The position numbers and the translations under genes are program-made. Shown in pieces: positions 25,871 through 36,000 of a DNA stretch of 64,000 nt; within the stretch, counting starts at the first letter, position 1; the number at the start of each line of letters is the position of its first letter. The notes beneath the pieces were generated by a model, which saw only the letters and a list, made by a program, of their open reading frames with translations, was not told where the DNA came from and searched no databases. Source of the DNA: Halarcobacter sp. (lineage in GTDB: Bacteria; Campylobacterota; Campylobacteria; Campylobacterales; Arcobacteraceae); contig CP182352.1 in the NCBI GenBank assembly GCA_048571215.1, forward strand, positions 640,001 through 704,000. The letters run 5' to 3'.

Positions 25871-28564
25871 ATGTCAGGTTTGGTAAATAATAATTATATT
25901 GAATTCTTTAGAAAGCATATCCCCGAAGTAGTTGAATATCAGAATAATCTAAATGAATTATCCCAACATTGGAGCATTATCAATATGTTAAATGACGTAT
26001 CTGAGGGTGGTACAAATATGGAAGATACTCAAAATGAATTTAACATATTATCTGGTAGCTTAATAAATAATTTGGCTGAAGAAAATATAAAACAATTATC
26101 TAATGAAATAATTACTCGTTCTCAGGTTGTGGTAGATATAGTAATTAGAAATTTATTTGAAAGAACTGCTGACATCGGTTTTTTGGCAACAGATGATTCT
26201 ATAAGGGAATTTTATACTAGATATTTTTTATATAATAATGATTTAGATAATAGTTTAAAATATGATGAAAAATCAAAAGTTTGCCAAAACTGTCCTGAAC
26301 CTTTTACAAATCAATGTAAGTCTGAAAATATTGATGAAAATTTTAAAAATATCTTACAACCAATTTTGTGTAAAGATAAAAAACCTTTAGAAAGAAGTGG
26401 AATAAATGCAAAATTAAATCAAATAAAATCAGAGATTAGAGATAGATTTAATGAGTATGTAAAAAAATATAGTGTTTATTTTGATGTAATTCTAACTGAT
26501 ACAAAAGGAGATGTACTAGTTACACTTGATGAAAAAAACTGTGTTAAAAAAAGTAATGACTCAATAATAAATGATGCATTAACCACAAATGAAGATTTTA
26601 TAGAAAAACTGTCAAAAACAGATCTAAGAGAGGATAGAGAAAGTACTTTAATGTATGCTTATAAAGTAACTAAAACAAATGATAAAGATTCAGAAGCTCT
26701 TGGTGTATTGATATTGTGTTTTAGATTTAAAGATGAGATGAGAGGGGTTTATAAAGGATTAAAAGAATCGAATCAAAACTTAAATCTTATGTTACTTGAT
26801 AAAAATGGAATAGTGATTACATCTAGTGATCTTCATCAATTTCCTTTGGGTACTAAAATGGATGTAACAAATAATAATGAGTTTAGTATTATAAGTTATG
26901 GGGGTAAAAAATATATTGCAAGTACTTCTAAAACAAAAGGTTATCAAGGGTTTTTTGGTTTAGGTTGGAGAGGTCATGCAATGTTTTGTATAGATGAAGC
27001 CTTTGAAAAAAAATCTACATTTGATTTAGCTTCAATTGATAAAAGTATATTAAATACTGTTTTACACTCAACTTCATTGTTTTCCCAAGAGTTACAAGAT
27101 ATTCCCATGCAAGCAAAAAAGATACAAGATAACCTTAATAGAACGGTATGGAATGGAAATCTACATCAAAACAGTGCAATAGGGAAAAAACTTTTATCTC
27201 AAGTTTCAAATACAGGGGAAAGAACTAAAGAGATATTTCACAACTCAATAAAAAGTTTAAATGAAACAGTTCTTCAAACTATTATTGGAGAAGTCTCTTT
27301 TCAAGCTTTGCAAGCAGTAGATATAATGGATAGAAATTTATATGAAAGGGCGAATGATTGTAGATGGTGGGCACTAACTCCTAAGTTTTCTGAAATTTTA
27401 TCAAAAGAGTATATTGATGAAGATGATTGTGAAACCATAAGTAGTATATTAAAATATATAAATGATTTATATACAGTGTATACAAACCTATTTATATACG
27501 ATAAAAGTGGAAAAATAATAGCTGTTTCCAATGAAGAGAGTAAGAATCTAATAGATATAAAATTAAATGAAGATTGGGTAGCTAAGACTTTACAAATAAC
27601 AGATTCACAAAGATATAGTGTTTCAGATTTTGATAGTACATTTTTATATAACAATGAATATACCTATATTTATGGGGCAGCAATATCATCAAATAAAACA
27701 AAATCTAATGTGGGTGGAATAGGTATTGTATTTGATGCCAAACCACAATTTAAAGATATATTAAAAGATATATTGCCTTTAGGAGAAAAAAACTTTGCTT
27801 TATTTACAAATAAAGATTCAACTATTATCTCATCTACAAATTCTCTTCATAATATTGGGGATAGATTAGATATAGATTATAAATTTTTTGATTTGTCAAA
27901 TAATGAATCATATTCAAGTATTATTGAATACGAAAATAAATATTATGCAGTTGGTTCTCGATGCTCTTTTGGTTATAGGGAGTATAAAAATGGTGATGGT
28001 TATGAAAATGATGTAATCTCTTTAGTTTTTATCTATCTATCAGATAAAAATAGTGAAATTGAAGTTAAATCAGATAACAATAAGTATTTTTCAAATGTGG
28101 TTTTCAAAAAAGATTCTTCTCAAATAAAAGATATAGGTACTTTTTTTATTGGTAATTATTGGTATGGTTTTGAATTAACTAGTTTAGTAGGTGCTGTTGG
28201 TCTTGAAAGTTTGCAGCCGGTAAATTCAGGAGGAATAGTTGCAGGAAGAGTTATGTATAACGATATGTCTATTGAAGTTATAGATTTACATGAGTATTTA
28301 AAAGCTAAAGCATCAGCTGAACAAGAGATTATTATATTTGAAGTTGAAAAAGGCAGTTCTCTTATAAAGCTAGGATTGATAGTTGATAAATTAGGAGATT
28401 TTTGTGAAGTACCACAATCTCAACTAAAATCAGCAAAAAGTAATTTTTCAGGTGTGTTTAGTTTTGTATCTGAAACTGTAAATCCTCCTGCAGGAATTAA
28501 TACTATATTACAAATTATTGACCCAGTAGTTTTATTAGAAAGATTACAAAAAAAAACTCAATAG
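25871..28564 (+). CDS. Large cytoplasmic protein with two Cache-like repeats and a C-terminal CheW domain
   Basis: Internal repeat RNLFERTADIGFLATD / RNLYERANDCRWWALT; C-terminal TFFIGNYWYGF...EVIDL...LGLIVDKLG CheW pattern; no TM segment; AAGGAG RBS. Confidence 0.75.
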   Translation: MSGLVNNNYIEFFRKHIPEVVEYQNNLNELSQHWSIINMLNDVSEGGTNMEDTQNEFNILSGSLINNLAEENIKQLSNEIITRSQVVVDIVIRNLFERTADIGFLATDDSIREFYTRYFLYNNDLDNSLKYDEKSKVCQNCPEPFTNQCKSENIDENFKNILQPILCKDKKPLERSGINAKLNQIKSEIRDRFNEYVKKYSVYFDVILTDTKGDVLVTLDEKNCVKKSNDSIINDALTTNEDFIEKLSKTDLREDRESTLMYAYKVTKTNDKDSEALGVLILCFRFKDEMRGVYKGLKESNQNLNLMLLDKNGIVITSSDLHQFPLGTKMDVTNNNEFSIISYGGKKYIASTSKTKGYQGFFGLGWRGHAMFCIDEAFEKKSTFDLASIDKSILNTVLHSTSLFSQELQDIPMQAKKIQDNLNRTVWNGNLHQNSAIGKKLLSQVSNTGERTKEIFHNSIKSLNETVLQTIIGEVSFQALQAVDIMDRNLYERANDCRWWALTPKFSEILSKEYIDEDDCETISSILKYINDLYTVYTNLFIYDKSGKIIAVSNEESKNLIDIKLNEDWVAKTLQITDSQRYSVSDFDSTFLYNNEYTYIYGAAISSNKTKSNVGGIGIVFDAKPQFKDILKDILPLGEKNFALFTNKDSTIISSTNSLHNIGDRLDIDYKFFDLSNNESYSSIIEYENKYYAVGSRCSFGYREYKNGDGYENDVISLVFIYLSDKNSEIEVKSDNNKYFSNVVFKKDSSQIKDIGTFFIGNYWYGFELTSLVGAVGLESLQPVNSGGIVAGRVMYNDMSIEVIDLHEYLKAKASAEQEIIIFEVEKGSSLIKLGLIVDKLGDFCEVPQSQLKSAKSNFSGVFSFVSETVNPPAGINTILQIIDPVVLLERLQKKTQ

Positions 28565-28582
28565 AGAAGATATAAAAGATAG

Positions 28583-28610
28583 ATAAAATAGGGGATAAAC
28601 CCTATTTTAT
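28583..28610. terminator. Bidirectional intrinsic terminator
   Basis: ataaaataggg-gataaa-ccctattttat between convergent genes. Confidence 0.75.
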
Positions 28611-28625
28611 ATTTTAAAAATATTA

Positions 28626-29909
28626 TTAAGAACCATACATTAAATCAGGTAAGAACATTACAATATCAGGAATATATGTAATAGCTATAAGACCTACTAA
28701 AATAGTAAGTGTCCATGGCCAAGCGGCGACAATTACATCTTTGATACTCATCCCAGTAAGTCCAGAGGTTACAAAGAGGTTTAAACCAACTGGTGGGGAT
28801 ACCATACCAAGTTCCATATTTACAGTAATAACAATACCAAAGTGGATTGGGTCAATTCCAAGTGCAATTGCAACTGGAAGTAATAATGGAACCATAATCA
28901 TAATAATAGCACTTGGCTCCATAAATGAACCAGCTAAGATTAGAAGTAAATTAACCATAAGTAAGAACATATATTTATTTACATTTGCTTCAACTAAAGC
29001 TTCTGTAATCATTTGTGGAATATTTTCAATTGTTAAAAAGTGTGCAAAAAGCATTGCATTTGCAATAATAAACATAATCATAGCAGTGGTTTTTGCTGAT
29101 TCTAAAGCAGTTGTATAAAGTTCATTAAATTTGATATCTTTATAAATAAATACAGATACAATAAATGCCCATACACAAGCAACTGCTGCTGCTTCAGTTG
29201 GAGTAAAGATACCACCATAAATACCACCAATTACTAATACAATGGTAAATAAACCCCAAGATGCATCTTTCATTTTTGATAGTCTAACTTTAAAAGGTTG
29301 TGGTTCAACTTTTTCAAAACCAAGTTTTCTAGCACCAATATAAGTTACTACCATCATCATAATCCCAAGCATAATCCCTGGAACTACACCAGCCATAAAT
29401 AGTTTTCCAATAGAAACTTCTGCTGTTACACCATATACGATAAGTACAATTGATGGTGGAATTAGAATACCCAATGAACCTGCTGTTGCGATAGTACCAA
29501 CTGCATATTTTTTTGGATATCCAGCTTGCATAATTGCACCAAACATAATAGAACCAATAGCAACAACAGTTGCAGGAGAACTTCCAGAAACTGCTGCAAA
29601 TATGATTGAGGCAAAAATAGCTGAAATTGGTAAACCACCTGGTAGGTGACCAACACAAGATTTAGCAAACTCTATGATTCTTTGTGCCGCACTACCTTTA
29701 GAAAGTAGATTACCAGCAAAGATAAACATAGGAATAGCCATAAGTGAGTAGTGTTCTATTTTTTCAAACATCATAGCTGAAATTTCAATAGGTGAAATAT
29801 CAGTAAATACAAGAAGAGTAACAAAAGTTGATGCCCCTAAACAAATAGCAACAGGTGTTCCTAAAATAACAAGTACAAAAAATATCCCAAATAATAAAGC
29901 TACACTCAT
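28626..29909 (-). CDS. dctM: TRAP transporter large permease
   Basis: LMAIPMFIFAG, SGSS.AT, GSLGILIPPS, GGIFTPTEAA, DPIHFG, SPPVGLNL. Confidence 0.93.
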   Translation of the reverse strand: MSVALLFGIFFVLVILGTPVAICLGASTFVTLLVFTDISPIEISAMMFEKIEHYSLMAIPMFIFAGNLLSKGSAAQRIIEFAKSCVGHLPGGLPISAIFASIIFAAVSGSSPATVVAIGSIMFGAIMQAGYPKKYAVGTIATAGSLGILIPPSIVLIVYGVTAEVSIGKLFMAGVVPGIMLGIMMMVVTYIGARKLGFEKVEPQPFKVRLSKMKDASWGLFTIVLVIGGIYGGIFTPTEAAAVACVWAFIVSVFIYKDIKFNELYTTALESAKTTAMIMFIIANAMLFAHFLTIENIPQMITEALVEANVNKYMFLLMVNLLLILAGSFMEPSAIIMIMVPLLLPVAIALGIDPIHFGIVITVNMELGMVSPPVGLNLFVTSGLTGMSIKDVIVAAWPWTLTILVGLIAITYIPDIVMFLPDLMYGS

Positions 29910-30526
29910 AGCATACCTCCTGTTTTCTTTTCAACTTCTTTTACCATTTTATTTAGTTCCTTAACATTTTCATTGTCAACATTATCTTTTGCTCCAATTC
30001 CCATACCAGCTAAGACTTGTTCTGCTTCACTCTCTTTTAAAATCTTGTCATGACTTGTACTTAAAATTGCATGAATTCTTTCCGCAACTCTAAAGGCTGC
30101 AAATGAAAATGCAACAGGTATAACTAAATATGGAATCCACATAGGCATACCCCAAAGGTCAATTGATCTCTCTTCTAAATCAATAACTAAAAGTAAGTAT
30201 TCATATCCATAATAGGCAACTGCAATTAGAAATACTATGGTAACTAAGTGTGAAACCAAAAGCATTGCTTTTGCTACCCTTGATGGTACAACATCTAATA
30301 CTATTGTTACTGCAATATGGGCATCTTTTTTAAAGCAATATGCTGCTCCAAAAAAAGCACTCCATAAAAACATAAAAATAGATAGTTCTGCTGCCCAAGT
30401 TAATGAAGCATCAAATACATATCTAGCCACTACATTTGTAAATGAAATTGCAACACCGGCACTAATACCAAATGCAGCAATTGATTGGTTTATAAATCCA
30501 ATTATTTTACTTATTATTTTAATCAT
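29906..30526 (-). CDS. dctQ: TRAP transporter small permease
   Basis: NVVARY...WAAEL...W..F.GA..AHI; four TM segments. Confidence 0.9.
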   Translation of the reverse strand: MIKIISKIIGFINQSIAAFGISAGVAISFTNVVARYVFDASLTWAAELSIFMFLWSAFFGAAYCFKKDAHIAVTIVLDVVPSRVAKAMLLVSHLVTIVFLIAVAYYGYEYLLLVIDLEERSIDLWGMPMWIPYLVIPVAFSFAAFRVAERIHAILSTSHDKILKESEAEQVLAGMGIGAKDNVDNENVKELNKMVKEVEKKTGGML

Positions 30527-30530
30527 AATT

Positions 30531-31583
30531 TTACTCCGTTGCTAAAACGCCTTTTATTAACTCTTCACCGATTTTATCGGCATCATAAAACTCTGGATAG
30601 ATTTTACTTACAGCTTGCCTCCAAGTATTTTTTTGATTTTCTGTAAGTTCAATTATATCTAGTTTTCCTGTATTTTTAGAATACTCTTTTATCAAATCAA
30701 ATTGAGCATCATTTAATTCCTCTGCATACTCTCTTTCTTTTAAAGTTGCTTCATTCATAGCTTGAATAACTGCATCTTTTAAATTTTGAGGTAGTTTATT
30801 CCAAAAAGTTTCACTCATTACGACTAAGTATCCTAGGTAACCATGATTTGATATAGTAAGATATTTTTGTACTTCATGAAATTTTTTTGTATAGATATTT
30901 GAGTTAGTGTTCTCTTGACCATCTATAACTCCTTGTTGAAGTCCTGAATAAACTTCAGAAAATGGCATCATTTGAGGGTTTGCCCCAATTACATGAAATT
31001 GTGCTTCCAAAACCTTTGATGACATAATTCTAAATTTTTGACCTTTGGCATCTTGGGGTAAAATTAAAGCTTTTTTTGAAGAGCTTAATTGTTTAAACCC
31101 ATTATCCCAAAAGTTAAGTGCTAAATAACCTTTAGCTGTAACCATTTGTTTTAGTTCTTGACCAACTTTTCCATCTTGAACTCTATGTAAGTGGTGTATA
31201 TCTTTAAATAAAAATGGCAAATCAAATAGTGCTAGTTGGGGTACAATTTTGCCAAATTTTGAAAAACTTGGTGCAGCCATTTGAACCGAATCCAATTTTA
31301 AAGCTTTTAATACCGCATTGTCAGTATAAAGTTGAGATGATGGATATACTTGTACATCTATCATTCCTTTACTTAACTGTTCTAATCTTTGCTCAAAGAA
31401 ATTTGCTGCTTTTCCTTTTGGGGTATTTTGATTAACTACATGGGAAAATTTAAGAATATATGGTTCTTTATTATTTTCACTTAGGGGTTTATTAATCCCT
31501 TTGTTATCTTTGTCTCCACATCCAGAAAATAAAAGCAAAGTGGCTAGTACAATACTAGAATTTAGGTATTTAAAGCTAGTCAT
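30531..31583 (-). CDS. dctP: TRAP substrate-binding protein DctP, lipoprotein form
   Basis: Lipobox LFSGC; FSHVV...TPKG, WDNGFK, FRIMSS, FSEVYSGLQQGVIDGQEN, SNHGYLGY. Confidence 0.88.
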   Translation of the reverse strand: MTSFKYLNSSIVLATLLLFSGCGDKDNKGINKPLSENNKEPYILKFSHVVNQNTPKGKAANFFEQRLEQLSKGMIDVQVYPSSQLYTDNAVLKALKLDSVQMAAPSFSKFGKIVPQLALFDLPFLFKDIHHLHRVQDGKVGQELKQMVTAKGYLALNFWDNGFKQLSSSKKALILPQDAKGQKFRIMSSKVLEAQFHVIGANPQMMPFSEVYSGLQQGVIDGQENTNSNIYTKKFHEVQKYLTISNHGYLGYLVVMSETFWNKLPQNLKDAVIQAMNEATLKEREYAEELNDAQFDLIKEYSKNTGKLDIIELTENQKNTWRQAVSKIYPEFYDADKIGEELIKGVLATE

Positions 31584-31614
31584 TTTTTATCTCTCCTTTT
31601 TCCTTTGTAGATAA

Positions 31615-31646
31615 ATTATAATCAAAAGTTATGTAGTTATTATGTA
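31615..31646 (-). promoter_or_regulatory. TACA direct-repeat box plus -10, upstream of lipoprotein dctP-dctQ-dctM
   Basis: Minus strand TACA taataac TACA taacttttgat TATAAT. Confidence 0.62.
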
Positions 31647-31724
31647 TTTTAAAATAAATTTTTGAATTTAATTTTAATATAACAGCTAGATTTATAATTG
31701 AGATTTAATTAGTGGGATTTGAGG

Positions 31725-31755
31725 TAAAAACTATCGGTTTTACCGATAGTTTTTA
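31725..31755 (-). terminator. Intrinsic terminator after the soluble dctP
   Basis: Perfect inverted repeat taaaaactatcggt-ttt-accgatagttttta. Confidence 0.8.
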
Positions 31756-31763
31756 TTGAAAAC

Positions 31764-32759
31764 TTATTTAGTGTTAAGTGCACCTTCGATTAAATCTTTT
31801 CCAATTTTATCTTTATCATAAAATTCTGGATAGATTTTACTTACAGCTTTTTTCCAAGCAGCTCTTTGCTCTGGAGTTAATTTAATAATTTCTAATTTAC
31901 CAGTTTTTTCTGCATAATCTTTAATTTTTGCAAATTGTTCATCATTTAACTCTTGTGCATATTGTCTTTCTTTTGCAGTTGCTTCATGAATAGCTTGTAC
32001 TACATCTTTTTGTAAATCTTTTGGTAAAGATTTCCAGAATTTTTTAGACATTACAACTAAATATCCTAAGTAACCATGGTTAGAAATTGTTAAATATTTT
32101 TGTACTTCATGGAATTTTTTAGTATAGATATTTGAAATTGGGTTTTCTGCTGCATCAATAACACCTTGTTGTAAACCTGAATAAACTTCAGAAAATGGCA
32201 TCATTTGAGGGTTTCCACCAACAGCTTTCATTTGAGCTTCAAGTACTTTTGAAGACATAATTCTAAATTTTTGTCCTTCAGCATCTTCTGGCATAATTAA
32301 AGCTTTTTTAGAAGATGAGAATTGTTTAAATCCATTATCCCAAAAATCTAAAGCTACAATACCTTTTGCAGTAACCATACCTTTAAGTTTTCTACCAACT
32401 TCACCATCTTGAACTCTATGTAAATGATCAATATCATTAAATAAAAATGGTAAATCAAATAATGCTAATTGAGGTACGATTTTACCAAATTTAGAAAAAG
32501 ATGGTGCCGCCATTTGTACTGAGTTAAGTCTTAATGCTTTAACAACTGCGTTATCGTTATATAACTGAGATGATGGGTAAACTTGAACATCAATTCTACC
32601 TCCTGATAACTCTTCTAACCTTTTTTCAAAATACTTAGCTGCTTTCCCTTTTGGTGTATTCTCACTAACAACGTGAGAAAACTTTAGTGTATACTCAGCT
32701 GCCATTGCTGAAGTTGCCATTACAGCTGCTGCAACAGCAGTAGAAATTAGTTTTTTCAT
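31764..32759 (-). CDS. dctP: TRAP substrate-binding protein DctP (C4-dicarboxylate-binding type), soluble
   Basis: Sec signal AMA|AEY; same DctP motifs; ATG at 32759 sits 5 nt from AAGGAG. Confidence 0.92.
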   Translation of the reverse strand: MKKLISTAVAAAVMATSAMAAEYTLKFSHVVSENTPKGKAAKYFEKRLEELSGGRIDVQVYPSSQLYNDNAVVKALRLNSVQMAAPSFSKFGKIVPQLALFDLPFLFNDIDHLHRVQDGEVGRKLKGMVTAKGIVALDFWDNGFKQFSSSKKALIMPEDAEGQKFRIMSSKVLEAQMKAVGGNPQMMPFSEVYSGLQQGVIDAAENPISNIYTKKFHEVQKYLTISNHGYLGYLVVMSKKFWKSLPKDLQKDVVQAIHEATAKERQYAQELNDEQFAKIKDYAEKTGKLEIIKLTPEQRAAWKKAVSKIYPEFYDKDKIGKDLIEGALNTK

Positions 32760-32790
32760 TTTCACTCCTTTTGTTTAATAGATATAAAAA

Positions 32791-32822
32791 AGTATAATCA
32801 AAATTTGTGTAATTGTTATGTA
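32791..32822 (-). promoter_or_regulatory. TACA direct-repeat box plus -10, upstream of the soluble dctP
   Basis: Minus strand TACA taacaat TACA caaattttgat TATACT. Confidence 0.62.
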
Positions 32823-33056
32823 TAAAAACACGAATTTTGAAAAAAAACTTAAGTAAAATAGCATGAACGTAGCATTTTGTATATATTAAGCTTAAATTAA
32901 TATACTGCTAAAGAATAATTACTATTAGAAGTTTCTTTAGTAGTTTGATTTATACTTAAAATTGTAGGCATTTTTTTTTAACCATCTTTTAATCAAAAAA
33001 AAAGTATAATCCCCCACTTTATGAGGAATATAAAGATTAAAACACAAAGGATAATG

Positions 33057-36000
33057 ATGGGAAGTAATTTAGATTTATTAACTTCTTTTAAAGATAATTG
33101 TGGTTTTGGTTTAATGGCTGACTTAAAGAACAGACCAAGTCATGAAAATTTAGAAGACGCTATAACTTCGCTTGAGCGAATGATGCACAGAGGTGCAGTG
33201 GCAGCAGATGGTAAAACAGGAGATGGTTCTGGACTACTATTATCTATGCCAAATAAATTTATGAGAAAAATTGCAACTGAACAAGGTATTGACTTACCTG
33301 AAAGTTATGCAGTAGCAATGATATTTACAAAAGATTTAAAAGATATTGATACTTTTGAAGACCATTGTGAAAACAATGATTTAAAAGTGTTATTTACAAG
33401 AGAAGTACCTGTTGATAAAAATGCCTTAGGTCAACAAGCACTTGACTCTTTACCACACATAATTCAAGTTTTTGTAAGCGCCAATGCAGTTATGACTGCA
33501 AAAAGATTTGATGCAATGCTTTATTTAACTAGAAAAGAGTGTGAACATAAATTAATAGATAAAAAAGATTTTTATATTCCAACATTTTCTTCAAAAGTTA
33601 TTGCGTACAAAGGGCTAATAATGCCTACGCATATCAAACATTTTTATATAGATTTAAGAGATGAAGATTTTAAAATTTCATTTGCTCTTTTTCACCAAAG
33701 ATTTTCAACAAATACTTTACCACAATGGAAACTGGCACAACCATTTAGAGCTATTGCACATAATGGGGAGATTAACTCTGTTGAGGCAAATAGATTTAAT
33801 GTACAAATTAAATCAGAACAAATTAAATCAGAAGTATTTACAGATGAAGAGATAAAAAGAATTTTACCAATTCTTCAAATAGGTAGTTCAGATTCTGCTT
33901 CATTAGATAATATGTTTGAGTTTTTAGTTGCAAATGGGGTAGACTTTTTTAAAGCTGCAAGAAGTTTGGTTCCTGCACCGTGGCAAAATGCTCCACATAT
34001 GGATTCTGATTTAAGAGCATTTTATGAATATACTTCAACTGCAATGGAAGCTTGGGATGGACCTGCTGCTGTATCTTTAACAGATGGTAGACATATTGGG
34101 TGTTTAATCGATAGAAATGGATTAAGACCATCTAAATATGTTATTACAAAAGATTTTAAGATGTATATTACATCTGAATATGGTACTTTAGCATTAGATG
34201 AAGATAATATTATTGAAAGAGGAAGACTTCAATCTGGACAAATGATTGGTGTTGATCTTAAACATGGAAAAGTTTTAAAAGAAGATGATATTAATAACTA
34301 CTTGAAATCATGTCAAAACTATGGAAAATGGCTTAACAATGATATGGAATACTTACAAGAGTATATTGATGAATCATTTTTAGATACAAGCGATTATGAG
34401 TTAGAAGAGTTAGAGAAAAAACAAAAATACTTTAATATTACATATGAAGTATTAGATCAAATGATTGAGCCAATGGCAAAAGATGGTAAAGAACCAGTTG
34501 GTTCTATGGGTGATGATACTCCTTTAGCATGTTTTTCACAGGTAAGTAGAAATTTTAGTGACTTCTTTAGACAAAAATTTGCTCAAGTTACAAATCCACC
34601 AATTGACCCATATAGAGAAAAAATTGTTATGTCTTTGGAAACAGGTTTTGGTCATGTTCATAATATTTTAGATGAAAAACCAGAATATGCAAAAAGACTT
34701 AAAGTAGCAAGTCCTATTTTAATGAAAGAAAAATTTGATGTTCTTTATTCTTTTGGTGATCCATCATCTCCACGATATGATGAATATTATAAAAATAGAG
34801 TATTCTCAACAACTTTTAAATCAGATTTAAAAACCGCTTTAGATAAATTAGCTTCATATGTAATAAAAGCAGTAAAAGAAGATAAAGTTACTGTTGTAAT
34901 TTTAAGTGATAAAGATATTAGCCGTAATGTAAAATCAATCCCAATGGCAATGGCAGTTGGATTTGTAAATGAACAACTTCTTAAAGAAGGAGTTAGACAT
35001 CATGCTTCTATTTTAGCTGAAACAGGTGAGGTTTATGATCCACATATGGCTGCTGTATTAGTAGGATATGGAGTTACTGCAATCTATCCATATATGATGT
35101 ATGCATCAACAGTTGCACTTTATGAGAGAAAGGGTGTTACAAAATATGAGATGCAAAGAGTTCTTAAAAATACTCAAAAAGCTATAAATGCTGGACTATT
35201 AAAAATTATGTCTAAAATGGGTATTTGTACAATTGCAAGTTATAGAAACTCAAGATTATTTGACGTTATTGGATTAAGTGATGAGATAATTGAAAGTTGT
35301 TTTGAAGGAAGTCATTCTGATTTAGCAGGACTTACTTATAAAGATATAGAAAAAAGAATTGAAAAACAACATTTTAATGCCTTTTTTGATAATAAACATA
35401 TGTTCCCTCTAGAACTAGGTGGATTTTATAAATACACTAATGGTGGTGAATATCACGATTATGGTCCAAATACAACAAGAGCTATGCATAATAAACATGC
35501 AGTAGTAAAAGAGGATATTTCAGATTTTGATAAGCTAAAAGAATTAGTTGAAACTAGAGATAAAAAATTTATCAGAGACTTTTTAGAGTTTAATTCTGAT
35601 AGAAAACCTATAGATGTAAGTGAAGTTGAGTCTATTGAAGATATCTTTAAAAGATTTGCAACTGCTGCTATGTCTTGTGGTTCTATTTCGCCAGAAGCTC
35701 ATGAAGCTATGGCAATGGCTATGAATACTATTGGTGGTATGAGTAACTCAGGTGAGGGTGGAGAAGATCCAAAAAGATTTGGAACACTTAAAAACTCAAA
35801 AATTAAACAAGTTGCTTCAGGAAGATTTGGAGTAACTCCAGGATATTTAAGAAGTGCTCAAGAGATTCAGATTAAAGTTGCACAAGGTGCAAAACCAGGT
35901 GAAGGTGGACAATTACCAGGGCATAAGGTAACAAACCTTATTGCTACTTTAAGACATACAATTCCAGGGGTAACTTTAATCTCTCCACCTCCTCATCATG

